A stretch of DNA of 64,000 nucleotides from Candidatus Latescibacterota bacterium (GTDB lineage: Bacteria > Latescibacterota > UBA2968): positions 5,760,001 to 5,824,000 of the forward strand of contig OZ241986.1 of assembly GCA_965204375.1 (NCBI GenBank), given 5' to 3'. Below the pieces are notes generated by a model, which searched no databases, was not told where the DNA came from, and saw nothing but the letters and a program-made list of their open reading frames with translations. Both the position numbers and the translations under genes were made by a program. Positions 50,275 to 61,486 of this stretch are shown here, in pieces (the stretch's first letter is position 1; every line of letters starts with the position of its first letter).

Positions 50275-50937
50275 TCAGGCCACCCGCCCATCTGCGAGTT
50301 TTATCTGGCGGTCTGCCCGATTTGCCAGATCCAGGTTGTGCGTGGATAGCACGATTGTCAATCCCCCGGTGTGGTTCATATCCCGCAACAATGCCACAAT
50401 CTCATTCCCTCGTTTTGAATCCAGGTTGCCAGTTGGTTCGTCTGCGAGCAAGATCTCGGGGTTGTTTACGAGTGCCCGCGCAATGGCTACCCGTTGCTGT
50501 TCACCCCCCGATAGTTCGCGGGGCAGGTGATCTGATCGGTGCTGCAAATCCACGCGCGCCAGCAAGTCTCTTACCCGGTCGCGTTGGTGCAGTGCGCGGG
50601 AAAAGAGGAGGGGGAGTGCCACATTTTCTTCGACGGTTAATGTGGGTACCAGGCAATAGTCTTGAAATACGAATCCCACGTGTTGCCGACGCATGGTTTC
50701 CAGGTCTTTGCCGCGCAAAGCGCTTACATCCCGATCCAGCAATTTCAAGAGGCCCGATGTGGGCCGGTCCAGACAGCCCAGAAGGTTCAATAGAGTTGTT
50801 TTTCCCGCGCCCGACGCGCCTGTGATGGCTACAAATTCGCCGGGTTCTACGGTCAGATGTACACCGAATAGTGCCGCGATTTCTTCGGCTGAACGGCGGT
50901 ATATCCGCGTGAGGCCCTGTGCAAGAATAGCCGACAT
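50275..50937 (-). CDS. LolD/MacB-type ABC ATP-binding protein
   Basis: GASGAGKTT, GFVFQ, LSGGEQQRVAIARAL, ADEPTGNLD. Confidence 0.93.
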   Translation of the reverse strand: MSAILAQGLTRIYRRSAEEIAALFGVHLTVEPGEFVAITGASGAGKTTLLNLLGCLDRPTSGLLKLLDRDVSALRGKDLETMRRQHVGFVFQDYCLVPTLTVEENVALPLLFSRALHQRDRVRDLLARVDLQHRSDHLPRELSGGEQQRVAIARALVNNPEILLADEPTGNLDSKRGNEIVALLRDMNHTGGLTIVLSTHNLDLANRADRQIKLADGRVA

Positions 50938-50938
50938 T

Positions 50939-52108
50939 TCAGCGCATCCACGCAATGGGATGCAGGCGGGAAGCCCGCCACCCCGGTATGATTCCGGCCA
51001 GTATGCCCATGCCCACTGCCATTGCAATCCCGCCGATTAGTAGTATGCCATCAATTTGCACCAGTACGCCTGGGGGGGCAAATGGGAGAATCGCGCGTAC
51101 GGCTTCAGATGCCAGGCGGCTGCCCAGGACCGATATTCCACCACCTGCGATTCCGCCTATGATGCAGATTGTCAATGCCTCTGCACAGATCAATGCAAAT
51201 ACATCGCCCCGGGATGCGCCAATTGCTCGCATTACGCCGATTTCCCGCGTTCGTTCAAAGACTGCGATTAGCATGGTATTCATCACGCCGAGTACTGCAA
51301 TTGCCACGGCTACGATGGCGATGGTTCCAATGAAAAACCGCGCTGTGCCCAGGAGGTCGAGAAGGGTTCTCTGAACCTGCGCCATGGTGATAACCTGTAC
51401 CGAGGGTATTTCGAATACGCGTTCCGAAAATCCGTCTATTCTGGACAGGTCTTTTAATTTTACGCCGATGCCTGTGAGTTTCTCCTTTTTGTCGAAGAGG
51501 TGCTGCGCTACCCCAAGCGGCACAAAGATGGTGCCGTCGTCCTGGGTTCCGCTGCGGTCAAAAATCCCGCGCACTCGGAATGTTTGTCCCATTCCCGTGA
51601 GCGGAAAGTCGTCCCCGATATTTTTCCGATAGTACGCCGCTACGCTGTATCCCAGAATTACCTCATCGGTCGCGCCTTCGTTGAACCACTCGCCACGCTG
51701 GAAGGTTAGCCAGGGTTTCATTTCCAGAAAGCTGTCTTCTATTCCCGTTATCAGGGAAAATCCCTCCCGGTGTACGGGGAGCGATCCGAGGAATAACCGC
51801 GTCGTGGTCGCCACATCGGCGTCTCGAAGAATTTCTCGGTGGATGGCTTCATCCATGTACATCGGTATTACCCCACCTTGCATCAGCAGGGTCGCGGCTT
51901 CGTAGGGACATCCTTTTGAGGTGACCAGTACGTGATAACCCAGGCGGTCAATGCTGTGGATGAGGGATGTGCGGTATCCGGTGCCCAGGCCCAGGAGGCT
52001 GACCAGGACGCATACAGATAGCGCTACGCCGCTTATGGTCAGGGCACTTCGCGTGCGGTGTCGCCGCAGTTCTTTCAGGACGACGCTTATAAATTGAAAA
52101 ATGACCAA
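50939..52108 (-). CDS. MacB/FtsX-family ABC permease
   Basis: R.R..LT..G; periplasmic domain with KGCPYEA; NT...V.ERTREIG..RAIGA; PG.RA.RL.P. Confidence 0.9.
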   Translation of the reverse strand: MVIFQFISVVLKELRRHRTRSALTISGVALSVCVLVSLLGLGTGYRTSLIHSIDRLGYHVLVTSKGCPYEAATLLMQGGVIPMYMDEAIHREILRDADVATTTRLFLGSLPVHREGFSLITGIEDSFLEMKPWLTFQRGEWFNEGATDEVILGYSVAAYYRKNIGDDFPLTGMGQTFRVRGIFDRSGTQDDGTIFVPLGVAQHLFDKKEKLTGIGVKLKDLSRIDGFSERVFEIPSVQVITMAQVQRTLLDLLGTARFFIGTIAIVAVAIAVLGVMNTMLIAVFERTREIGVMRAIGASRGDVFALICAEALTICIIGGIAGGGISVLGSRLASEAVRAILPFAPPGVLVQIDGILLIGGIAMAVGMGILAGIIPGWRASRLHPIAWMR

Positions 52109-52482
52109 ATCCTTGCCCTCTTGCGATGGATTTCTACGCCTTTTCCCATCACGCGCAGATCGCCTGCGATGCGTTTTACGACGCCTACGACGCGCAGGGA
52201 GTCGCCAGAGATATTGCGGGGGACGGTTATGGTCCGTCCCTGTTCCAGGTCAATCAGTATATGTTGCGTGCTGTCTTGTAATACAAACCAGCATCCCATG
52301 TGCTGGCATACCTGTCCCGCGCGGCCCGATAGCACGACTCGCTGTTCCAAAAATGCGGCGGGACGATCCAGGACTTCTTTGATCTGGGTCGCGCGATTGG
52401 CGGGTACGGCTTCGCCCACTTGATGCATTTTCGCAGAATCGCATCCGATTATCAGGATCAGGAGTAGCAGATACAGACGCAT
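52087..52482 (-). CDS. Small lipoprotein, DUF4920-like OB-fold with CxxxGCW
   Basis: Lipobox-like IIGC; V..SG....VCQHMGCW..L.D. Confidence 0.6.
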   Translation of the reverse strand: MRLYLLLLILIIGCDSAKMHQVGEAVPANRATQIKEVLDRPAAFLEQRVVLSGRAGQVCQHMGCWFVLQDSTQHILIDLEQGRTITVPRNISGDSLRVVGVVKRIAGDLRVMGKGVEIHRKRARIWSFFNL

Positions 52483-52584
52483 CTATATATCCCCAGTTTT
52501 TGCGTGACGCCTGCCATAAGAGATGATATTTTGTTTGTGAGGTAAAAGCAAGGGATTCTCCCATCTGTTTTTTGTGAGGGGAAT

Positions 52585-54423
52585 ATGCCGATGAAAAAAA
52601 TGATACGGGTTCTTCTGGTCGGCGTTTGTCTGGCGTGTAAGCCCTCTCAACCCGATGTATCTACGGAGTTCGTCGGTGTACATCGCTGTGTGAGTTGCCA
52701 CATGGAAGCGTATCAAGAATGGCAACGCACGACCCATGCGACTTCCATGCAAGAAGCGACTCCGCAGACTGTTAAGGGCGATTTCATAAAAAATAACGCC
52801 TATACTTTCGGCGGTATTACCTCTACAATGAGCCTTCAGGATGGTCGCTATTTTATTACGACACCGGGGGCTGATGGGGCGCAAGGTACCCACGAGGTGC
52901 TATACACTATTGGCGACCGGGATACGCAGTGGTACATCACTGAGCTTCCCGGAGGCCATTTGCAGATTCTTCCGGTTTATTTCGATGTTCGCAGAAATAC
53001 CTGGTACAATCCCGTTGAAGGTATTATCGCCTCGCCGTCCGAACGGCCTTTAGATCCCCGCGATACGTCGTTCTGGATGCATTTTGGACGCAATTGGAGC
53101 GCGCAGTGTTTTGACTGCCACGCCAGCCAGATTGAGGTCAATTACGATCCCGATGCGGGCACTTATGATTCCCGCTGGGTGGATCTGAGCATCAATTGCG
53201 AAACCTGCCACGGTTCCGGGCAGGGCCATGTCGCGTTTTGGGAGCGGGCGCTGACAGACGCCGATGCCGCCAGCATGCAGGATACTTCGCTGGTGAATTT
53301 GAGAATGCTCTCCGCAGAACAATCCGTGGAACTCTGCGCGCAGTGCCACGCGACGAAGCGCATTTTGAAACTGGGCTATCGACCCGGCGACAATTTCTAC
53401 GATTTTTACGAACCTGTTGTTCTGGATTTTGAAGGTATGTGGCCCGATGGTCGCTACCGGCATCTCGCGTATAATTATACGGCGCTCACGCTCAGTCCCT
53501 GTTATACGGAGGGGGGGGTGACGTGTTTGACGTGTCATCCGTCCCACGGTCCGGAGGGGGAGAAGAAGACAAGGGCAGATTTCGACGGTATATGTATGCA
53601 GTGTCACCGGGATATACAGCCCCGAGAACACAGCCGCCACGAGCAGTACATAGCCTGTGTAGATTGTCACATGCCCCCTATTCCAGAAGTGCGCCGGGTG
53701 CGCGTGTTTGACCACCGCATTGCGTCTCCTGTTCCAGCGAATACCGTGCGCTTTGGCATTCCAAATGCCTGCGGCGAATGCCACGGGGACCGCACACCCG
53801 AATGGGCTGTGGAAAATACAGAAGCCTGGTGGGGGAAACAGGATGATTATCTTTTCCAAACGGCGACTATTGCACTGGGGCGACAGGGAAATCCGATGGC
53901 TGTGTCTCCTCTGAGAGACGCGTTGCTCGATCTGTCCAATAATCCCACGCGGCGGGCTTCTGCGGCTCTACTTCTGGGGCGCACCCGGTCCTCACAGGCG
54001 GTGCCTGTGCTCCTCAACGCTTTGAAAGATCCGCATCCGCTCATTCGCGCAAAGGCGGTAGAAGGTCTGGGTCTGATCGGTCAGGCGCGGGTTGTGCCTG
54101 CACTTGTTCCATTGTTAGACGATCCGGTTCGGCTTGTGCGGTTTGCCCTCGTGCCGGCTATCGAAAATCTGGGCACACATCATCTTAAGGACCAGGACTT
54201 CAAGCGCTATCGTGCCATTTTTGCCGAGTACGAACAGGCGAGTAAAGAGGTCTGGGGGACTGACCCTTATGTGCATTCGTTTCTCGGATGGGCTTATGTG
54301 AGACGGGGGAATACGGAATCGGCCCAGCGCGCTTTCCAGCGGGCACTGCGGATTTGGCCCGGTATTGAGGACGCGGCCAGAGGACTGGTGCAGATACATA
54401 ACTCAGAAAAAAATGACCGATGA
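52585..54423 (+). CDS. Octaheme cytochrome c lipoprotein with HEAT and TPR tail
   Basis: Eight CxxCH motifs (CVSCH, CFDCH, CETCH, CAQCH, CLTCH, CMQCH, CVDCH, CGECH); lipobox-like CLAC; HEAT repeats; TPR. Confidence 0.9.
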   Translation: MPMKKMIRVLLVGVCLACKPSQPDVSTEFVGVHRCVSCHMEAYQEWQRTTHATSMQEATPQTVKGDFIKNNAYTFGGITSTMSLQDGRYFITTPGADGAQGTHEVLYTIGDRDTQWYITELPGGHLQILPVYFDVRRNTWYNPVEGIIASPSERPLDPRDTSFWMHFGRNWSAQCFDCHASQIEVNYDPDAGTYDSRWVDLSINCETCHGSGQGHVAFWERALTDADAASMQDTSLVNLRMLSAEQSVELCAQCHATKRILKLGYRPGDNFYDFYEPVVLDFEGMWPDGRYRHLAYNYTALTLSPCYTEGGVTCLTCHPSHGPEGEKKTRADFDGICMQCHRDIQPREHSRHEQYIACVDCHMPPIPEVRRVRVFDHRIASPVPANTVRFGIPNACGECHGDRTPEWAVENTEAWWGKQDDYLFQTATIALGRQGNPMAVSPLRDALLDLSNNPTRRASAALLLGRTRSSQAVPVLLNALKDPHPLIRAKAVEGLGLIGQARVVPALVPLLDDPVRLVRFALVPAIENLGTHHLKDQDFKRYRAIFAEYEQASKEVWGTDPYVHSFLGWAYVRRGNTESAQRAFQRALRIWPGIEDAARGLVQIHNSEKNDR

Positions 54424-54466
54424 GTAGAGAACCCACCGGTCGTTTTGTTTGGATTTGGAGCGTCCG

Positions 54467-55480
54467 TCAGAACGATCCGGTTATGGATACGCGCAGGGGC
54501 GGATCAAATAAATGGCCGAAATTTATATATGCAAAATCGACACCGATCTTTCGCCCCACGCCCAGATCCTTTTGGACGCCGCCGCCCAGTGTCCAGGTAC
54601 CCAGGTCGTAACGCCCCCGGTAACCGGCGCGCAGTGCCAGCGTGTTGGCGACCCACAATTCGCCGCCTACGTGCCAGCGCTCGCGGTCGTCAATGTGGTG
54701 TACGAGTTCTGCTGCCACGGTCAGATACGTGGGGTCTCCCTTGCGCCCATAAGGCTCCATTGCCAGGGCGATGGTGTAGATCAAGGGCTGGGCAATCGAA
54801 GTGCCCTGCGGCAGGGAACCGGGAATCACCAGTTCCTGGTCTTTGCCGAAGTTGCGAAGCGTCATGGCCAGGCGCGAACTGCCAAATCCGGTGTAAAAAA
54901 CACTGGAAAAATCAAACGAGGCACTGTTGATCTTGTCCTGGTCCAGTGTCTCTTGAATCCACTTTATAGACGCACCCAGCGACAATTTGTCCGTCATCTT
55001 GTACGCGTAACCGAAGTTTATGAAAATATCGCCGGCCGATATATCCCGCGTGAAACGCCCTTGAGGATCCAGAGGCGTAGTCTCTCGGGAAGTGCCCGCG
55101 TCAAACTGAACGACCGATAGTCCAAAGGTCTGTTGGCCGTATCGCCAGGCGACTGCACCGTTGAAAAATTTTGAATCTACCATCCAGCGCGTATATCCCA
55201 GGGCATATTCGAATCGCTCGATATGGGTCAATGCCGCCGTGTTCCAGAACATCGCATTGATGTCGTCGGCTGCGGCTGTAAACGCATCGCCCATTGCGGC
55301 TGCCCGTGCGCTTTGTCCCACTTTCAATGCGTGGAACGAAGCCCGTCCGGTTCCGTGGAACTCTTTTGTCCGATGCTGGCCCGCGCGCACGCCGGACGGC
55401 AACTGATAATTTTGCGCCCAGGCGTCTGACCCCAAAAGCCCGACGGCCAGGAGCATCGTATAAATAGTTAATCGTTTCAC
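54467..55480 (-). CDS. PorV/PorQ-family outer-membrane beta-barrel
   Basis: L.VG.SARA.AMG.A..A...D..A.FWN.A.L; G...K.I.E; LR.GY; G.G; D.AY; terminal F. Confidence 0.82.
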   Translation of the reverse strand: MKRLTIYTMLLAVGLLGSDAWAQNYQLPSGVRAGQHRTKEFHGTGRASFHALKVGQSARAAAMGDAFTAAADDINAMFWNTAALTHIERFEYALGYTRWMVDSKFFNGAVAWRYGQQTFGLSVVQFDAGTSRETTPLDPQGRFTRDISAGDIFINFGYAYKMTDKLSLGASIKWIQETLDQDKINSASFDFSSVFYTGFGSSRLAMTLRNFGKDQELVIPGSLPQGTSIAQPLIYTIALAMEPYGRKGDPTYLTVAAELVHHIDDRERWHVGGELWVANTLALRAGYRGRYDLGTWTLGGGVQKDLGVGRKIGVDFAYINFGHLFDPPLRVSITGSF

Positions 55481-55538
55481 ATCTACTCTCCTTTGTTTGC
55501 AGAGAGGCGGAACAGAGCGCCCGCCCCTCCCGTCGGTC

Positions 55539-58037
55539 TTACTGGATAATCAGAAAACTGCCCGTTTGAACCTTGCCTTCTTGTCCGGGTACCAGCGATT
55601 CTACGGCAAAGAAATAAATCCCCGGAGATGCATACGATGTGCCAGAACGCGCCCGTTGCGTCCAGCTCACTTCTGCCGTGTGTTGCGCGCCGCGCGTCCC
55701 ATCGTGTACTATCTCCATGACCAGGTCTCCCGCAGCCGTGAAGATCGAGATGCGGGCCAGACGCGGCAGGTTGGTGAACCGCATGCGCTTGTTGTTGTCG
55801 CCCTGCGCCCCAAAGGAATGCATTCCGTCATCCTTCCACGGATTTGGAACTACGAGCACTTTTTCCTCTAAGGCATCGAATCCATCTGAGGCAGCTACAA
55901 CAGGTGTAAACTGACCGCCGACTGTGTTGTGCCGCGCGGCCGTCACAATATGGCTCGACTCGGTCCCCGCGCGGATGTGGTTCTGAACCACGGGGGGCAG
56001 ATCTGCAAGTGTTGTTGGGACGGGCATTTGCGCGCCTGAAATCGCATTTCTCTGCGCATTAAGGTTCTCCCAGTTCGCATGCCCATTGGCATAGGTTACG
56101 ATATTGTACCGATACCCGAATCCCGTAACAGAGTTCTCATCGGCAAAAGTATAAATCCCGGTCGATGCATCGTAATACCTCGGATCTTTTGCCTGAATTG
56201 TGGCGATCAGATTCCAAGGACCCAGAGGCGCGCCGGCATGCTGCACGGGATCTGTCTGGATCAGCGCCGTGTTCCCGTAAATTTTGTAACCGGCCACATC
56301 CTGCGCCTCGCCGCCCGTATAATCCGGGTGTACCGCATCGTCGGCACCGTCGCTCCAGGACAGTTCCACGTTGCCATTTGCGTTGCTGCGAAGCAAAACG
56401 GGACGGTCGGTTTCGGCGCGAGCAAGCGATTCCACATCTGGCGGTTGATTGGGCAGGTCAAATCCCATTGCGTACAATTGACGCGCGCGGTCGATGTGGT
56501 TGAACAAAATATCCTCACCGCCGGGTACCTGAGCTTGAGCACCTGGCGTCATTGCCCAGATGCGAAAGTCCATCGGCTCACCGCCCGGACCCGCATTCTC
56601 GGCGGCCATACCCGCGGCAAAAACCACCACGATTTTTGCCTTGTCGCCCGGTGCCAATTTCCAGGGACCGAACATCTGCGAGTGCAATTGCTCCTGCAAC
56701 TCTCGCTCACCGGGATTTGGACCACCCTCAATCGGGTTGTCGTCATAGGGCTTGCCGGGGGTGATAAACTTCTTCCACAACTCTTCAACCGTATCAATTG
56801 TCTCATGGGGTTCAAACTCGATGTTCGTGCGGCTTCGGCGCTTCCACCAGTGTGCATACGCAGGCTGACTGACGGGAATATCCTCGCCCCCCATCGCCGT
56901 GCCCGTAATCGGCACATAGGTTTCCGGATCATTGATAAAGGGCGGTGTCACATCCACAGGTCCCCAGCCTATGTATTGCGGCGAATACAATTCTTGCTCT
57001 GCCCGATATCCGATCACACCAATGGCTTCTGCACCGAATCGGGGTTCACCCATGTCGTTGTTTGAACTGGTGGGTGCATCGCCATCGTATTGATACGATA
57101 TCTTTTTACCGCGGTATTTCCCACCGTAATTGGCGGCCTCGGTAAACTGATACCGGTCGTCTTCCAGGCGCCGCCCCGGCTCGGAAAACCAGTAGCCGTT
57201 CCACTTGCGATACGAGTGCCCGGGCTTGTTCACGCTGAAATAGTTCAAATAACCCATATACACTTCTTCATAAGATCTGTCTGAGGTATTCTCCACGACC
57301 AGTTCTACAAAGAAGAAATCGTCGTAATCCGGATGGCTCCATCCATACGCTGTCCGCGTCATTGTCATGCCGGTCCCATCTGGCTCGATATTCGTGTTGC
57401 TGCGCCATTTTGAAATCACGATCTCTTCTGGAAAGTGATCGAATTGGGGCAGCGTATATGACCCGTTTTCGCGGTAATTATCCACTTCCACAGGCTCGTC
57501 GGAAATTGGCTTAGATTGCTCGGCGATTCCGCCGCGGTCCGAGTTGAACCACACGTTGGCGTCCTGGGTATCATACCCCAACCGAGCGGCTATGATCGGC
57601 GGGTCTTGCCCGTTTCGCAAGCGCAAATTACCCGATCCAGGCGTCAAATCTGGCACCACCTGCTCCACATCCCCGGTGTTGGACACCGGCCCGGAGGATG
57701 TGACATAGGTATTTCCACTCGCATCCCGCGCGAGTATCCACACCCCCTGGCCCTTCGAGTTGTCGTAGTCCTGGTCTCGACCTCTGAAGCTACCCGATGT
57801 CGAAGATCCCGTATAAATATACGGATATGTCATCGAACCGTTTTCCCTCGCCACATACCCTTCCGACCCCAGGGCAAATGTCCCGCCCTGCTGTCCCGTG
57901 TTGCGAAACGATTCCGACAGCTTTGACCGGTCAATCTGCTTCATTGGCACTGGTTCATCCACCGCCTGAACCCCTGTCACAAATAGTCCAGTCAGAAAAA
58001 TGCCCGCAAGCGCCTTACCAATTATTTGTTTAAACAT
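55539..58037 (-). CDS. Large secreted protein with T9SS-type/FlgD-Ig-like C-terminal domain
   Basis: Signal peptide; W..P.YDDF; GP..L.PG; GYKIY FnIII-like stretch; CTD VVPNPW...RFTNLP...I.IFT.AG.LV...W......SPGIYF..V. Confidence 0.75.
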   Translation of the reverse strand: MFKQIIGKALAGIFLTGLFVTGVQAVDEPVPMKQIDRSKLSESFRNTGQQGGTFALGSEGYVARENGSMTYPYIYTGSSTSGSFRGRDQDYDNSKGQGVWILARDASGNTYVTSSGPVSNTGDVEQVVPDLTPGSGNLRLRNGQDPPIIAARLGYDTQDANVWFNSDRGGIAEQSKPISDEPVEVDNYRENGSYTLPQFDHFPEEIVISKWRSNTNIEPDGTGMTMTRTAYGWSHPDYDDFFFVELVVENTSDRSYEEVYMGYLNYFSVNKPGHSYRKWNGYWFSEPGRRLEDDRYQFTEAANYGGKYRGKKISYQYDGDAPTSSNNDMGEPRFGAEAIGVIGYRAEQELYSPQYIGWGPVDVTPPFINDPETYVPITGTAMGGEDIPVSQPAYAHWWKRRSRTNIEFEPHETIDTVEELWKKFITPGKPYDDNPIEGGPNPGERELQEQLHSQMFGPWKLAPGDKAKIVVVFAAGMAAENAGPGGEPMDFRIWAMTPGAQAQVPGGEDILFNHIDRARQLYAMGFDLPNQPPDVESLARAETDRPVLLRSNANGNVELSWSDGADDAVHPDYTGGEAQDVAGYKIYGNTALIQTDPVQHAGAPLGPWNLIATIQAKDPRYYDASTGIYTFADENSVTGFGYRYNIVTYANGHANWENLNAQRNAISGAQMPVPTTLADLPPVVQNHIRAGTESSHIVTAARHNTVGGQFTPVVAASDGFDALEEKVLVVPNPWKDDGMHSFGAQGDNNKRMRFTNLPRLARISIFTAAGDLVMEIVHDGTRGAQHTAEVSWTQRARSGTSYASPGIYFFAVESLVPGQEGKVQTGSFLIIQ

Positions 58038-58100
58038 AAATTCACTCCTTATAGAGGCGCCAGAGCCAGAGCACCTGTTCTGGTCCTCTGGCCCACCGAT

Positions 58101-61100
58101 TTACATGCTGGTGCGCACGCCGAAATAGATTTCCCGGGTGCGATTCGTATAGCTATTCCACTGATCCCAGATCTGGTTGGTGTCCCGCACCACCACTGGC
58201 GTGGGCTGGTTCTCAGCCAGACCGTACTTCGGTATATCGTGGAAGAAATTCCACCTGCGGATCGAACGCGGTTTTTTGGCATTGAACAAATTGGTCGCCT
58301 CAAAGAACAGGGTCGGACGCAACTTCCCAATTCGGAAGCCTTTCTGAATGCCCAGATCCGTGCGGAATGCCGTTGGATTGGTGTACAACAACTGGTTCCT
58401 GATCAACTTGTTGGCAGTCGAAGGAGCTGGCGTGGGCTGGCTATAGCGGAAGAATGTGCCCGGCTCGATTCGCAGCACCAGGTTTACGTTCAGATCGCTC
58501 AACACCTTGCTTCCGGCCACCTCTGGACCATATCCTTCGGGCGTGGCAAACAGGAATGTGATGCTTCCATCGCCCGTGGCATCGCGCATGTTGGCAGGAC
58601 CGCGCACGCCCCCTATCGTGTGTATCCGAGCCGCAATATTCCGCTCGTCGGTCCAGGGGAATCCAACCTGTGCATCGGGCACTTGATTGGCGAATTTTTC
58701 GGTGATCCACAGTTCCCGGTTGGCGTCGATTTCTTTTTGCACCAGCTGGTCGGCAAACATGCCAATGGCATCGACCTCGGCACTCGACAGGGGTTGCCAG
58801 ACGCGCTCACCCGTGGTCGGGTCAATTTCAAACTTAAAGCGATACGCGTCTTTGGCCAGGAAGTCCGAATCCACGAACCAGCGCCCTACCCACTCCCGAC
58901 CGCCGTAGAAGTTGTTCTGCTCCCAGTACCAACTCCACGTTGCGCGGAATGAGAAGAAATTGGTGAACCGCTTGCTCACAGCCAATTCCAGGCCGCGCGT
59001 TTCACCACTGTACGCATTCTGATACCAGTGCGCGCGCTTGATCTGCTTCTCTACCGGATCGTGCAAAAACGTGTTGTTCTGCTGGAGATAGTCTTCTGTG
59101 CGGCGGTAGAACATCGTCGCATTGGCCGTGTAGTCCGAAACAAAGTTCCAATCGACCCCCACTTCGTAGTTCACGGTACTGCCCGGACGCGAATTCGTCG
59201 ATCCGCGCTTGGTCGAGCCCATTTCCAGGCCGCCGTAATACTCATACGAGCTATATCTGCCGTCTGCGTTCAGGTCTTCGGCTATGCTTCGGCCCGAAGC
59301 CGCCTGCCAGGTCTGCCCATACATCGCATAGAAAATCGGGAGGACAAAGAACCGGCCATAGGAGAAGTGAATCGCAGACCGCGCAGTAATCGGGTGAGAC
59401 ACCCCAAAGCGCGGCGACAGCTTGAACATATTCAGACCATCATAAGTCGGGAATGACTGCGGATTGTTGGGATAGGGCGTTTGACCCTGCCGCGCCAACG
59501 ACGCATCTGCATCGGAAAACCAGCGGTTTTGAGGCAGCACCGACCACACGGGTTCGGGACGTGTCTGACCGCCGTGGTCAAACGCATCCAGACGCACGCC
59601 CACGTTTACTACCATCCCCTCAAACTCCATTTTGTCCTGTGCATAAGCTCCAAGCTGGAATGCCTTTCTCGGGTGATCCCGGAAGGCGTTCCAGGCCGGG
59701 TCGTCGAGACTGCTTGCCCGACTTAAATCGGGGAGTTTGACGCCGTTCACAGTCGTGGCGGGCACGAAGTCCATCTGACCATCTGCACCCAGGCGGTTCT
59801 GGGCCGATGCATAGTAGTCGTACATCGTCCAGACCCGATAACTACCCGATGTTCCACGGCTCTGTGACTCCCACTGGTAGGTCTGGAACCACGTTGCCTC
59901 GGCACCTGCCTTAAAGAAATTTCCCTTTGTAACCTGACTGGAGAAATCGAATTTCAAATTGTGGCGCGTTTGACGATTCAATCGGTAGTCCCGAACCTCA
60001 CGAGGTGTTGCCGTAAACCACTTGTCGTGGTCCCGAACCACATTGAACGTTTCTATAGGCATCCCCGATGTGTCTTGCTCGCTGTCTGAACGCGAGAGAC
60101 GCAACTCATACAGGGTGCGCGAAGACAGGGAATGCGTTAAATACGCGTACAACATCGAGTTCCATTCGATCTCTTTGCCCGCACCATCTATGCCTGCGGG
60201 CAAATACAGATCTCGACCGGCTGATAATGCCGACTCTCGCGTGTTGCGGAAACTCTGGTTCGTTCCATACACACCACCCAACTTCAGGTTGATATTGGGC
60301 CTCACGCCAAATGTCAGTTTGCCCGTCATCTGATAATTGGGCAAGTCCCGGAGTGCGGGATTGGGACGCTGTAAGGGTTGCCGATTTGTCTGCGCGCTCA
60401 CGTGGAACGAGGTCTTGTCCCCAATGGGACCCGAAATGGATCCTTCGAGGCGATGCCCCGATACATTTGTATAATCGTCTGGCTGGATATGTACCAGACG
60501 TCCCGAATCATCCGCCGTACCGGGCAATCCATCGGCACCGATATTTTCCTTTTCCTGCAACCAGGCTGGATCGTCCAGGCGGATGCGGCTCCTGCCCGTA
60601 CCCTGGTTCAGGTGAATGATCGGGTCATAGGCATTGAAGCCGTAATGCCGCTTTCCGGCAACTGTATATCGATACTCAAAAAAACCCGTGGTAGTCTCGG
60701 CTACCCTCTCGCGTCACGATATTGATGATCCCGGCGTCCATGTTTCCGTATTCGGCTTCTGGAACACCGGTTACCACAGAGATTTCCTGGATCGATGCGC
60801 GGTTCACACCCGTGAACATATTTGCCGCGCGGCGGTCATTGTTCACCATCCGCACACCGTCAACAGTATAGGTGAGTGAAATGGGCTTTGGCGTTGTCGT
60901 GTACCAGCCCGCACGGCGTTCGCCTTCGTCCATTTGAAAGTTGCCCTGCCGCACTGACCTTCCGTCTTTCTGTACGCCCGGCTGCAAGCCCGCCCACGCC
61001 CGAGCATCTTTGACCACGGGCTGCAAGTCGATCTCGTCAGCCGTTACATAGTATTTGCTCGCGGTCTTGTCCGGCTCTACGGGTGGACGCTCTGCCGTCA

Positions 61101-61449
61101 CGATCAGTTCTTCGGCTTCCAGTGCTGTCTCGGTGAGACTGAAATCCACTGTGGAGGTATAGCCCACCACCACTTTTACATCTTGCTGTACGACCTTCTG
61201 GTACCCCACCAGCGAGGCTTCCAGGCTGTGTGTTCCCGGCAGAACCAGCAAGATGATATAATATCCTTCTGCATCTGCGGTTGCACCCCGGTTTGTTCCC
61301 ACAATCACGACGTTGGCACCGGGCAATGGATCGCCCTTTGTATCCATTACCCTGCCAGCTATTTTACCCGTTGTTGCCGCCTGTGCCCAATCCTGCACAC
61401 CGAGGACACAAACCAGCAAAACGGACAAAAATGCTAACTGTCTTATCAT
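58101..61449 (-). pseudogene. TonB-dependent receptor split by a 1-nt frameshift (would be 1115 aa if joined)
   Basis: N-part: signal peptide, GKI.G.V.D..G..LPGANV (CarboxypepD_reg-like), plug VDG...I.E..V.TG...AEYG...G.INIVT.EG. C-part: Y.QDK.E..G...N.G.R.D, SPR.G.SHP, YE.G, R....G. One T fewer at 60678-60684 joins the two frames. Confidence 0.85.
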
Positions 61450-61486
61450 CTCTATGCCTCCTTACATAAAGGGTTGTTCGTTATAC

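Noticed and set aside
58040-58100. GC-rich imperfect hairpins between genes of the TBDR operon (also 55495-55538)
   Set aside because: Imperfect and without U-tracts; cannot be supported as defined elements
60676-60678. Selenocysteine or readthrough at the TBDR TGA
   Set aside because: Reading through in the same frame hits another TGA after 16 codons; the downstream receptor is in a different frame
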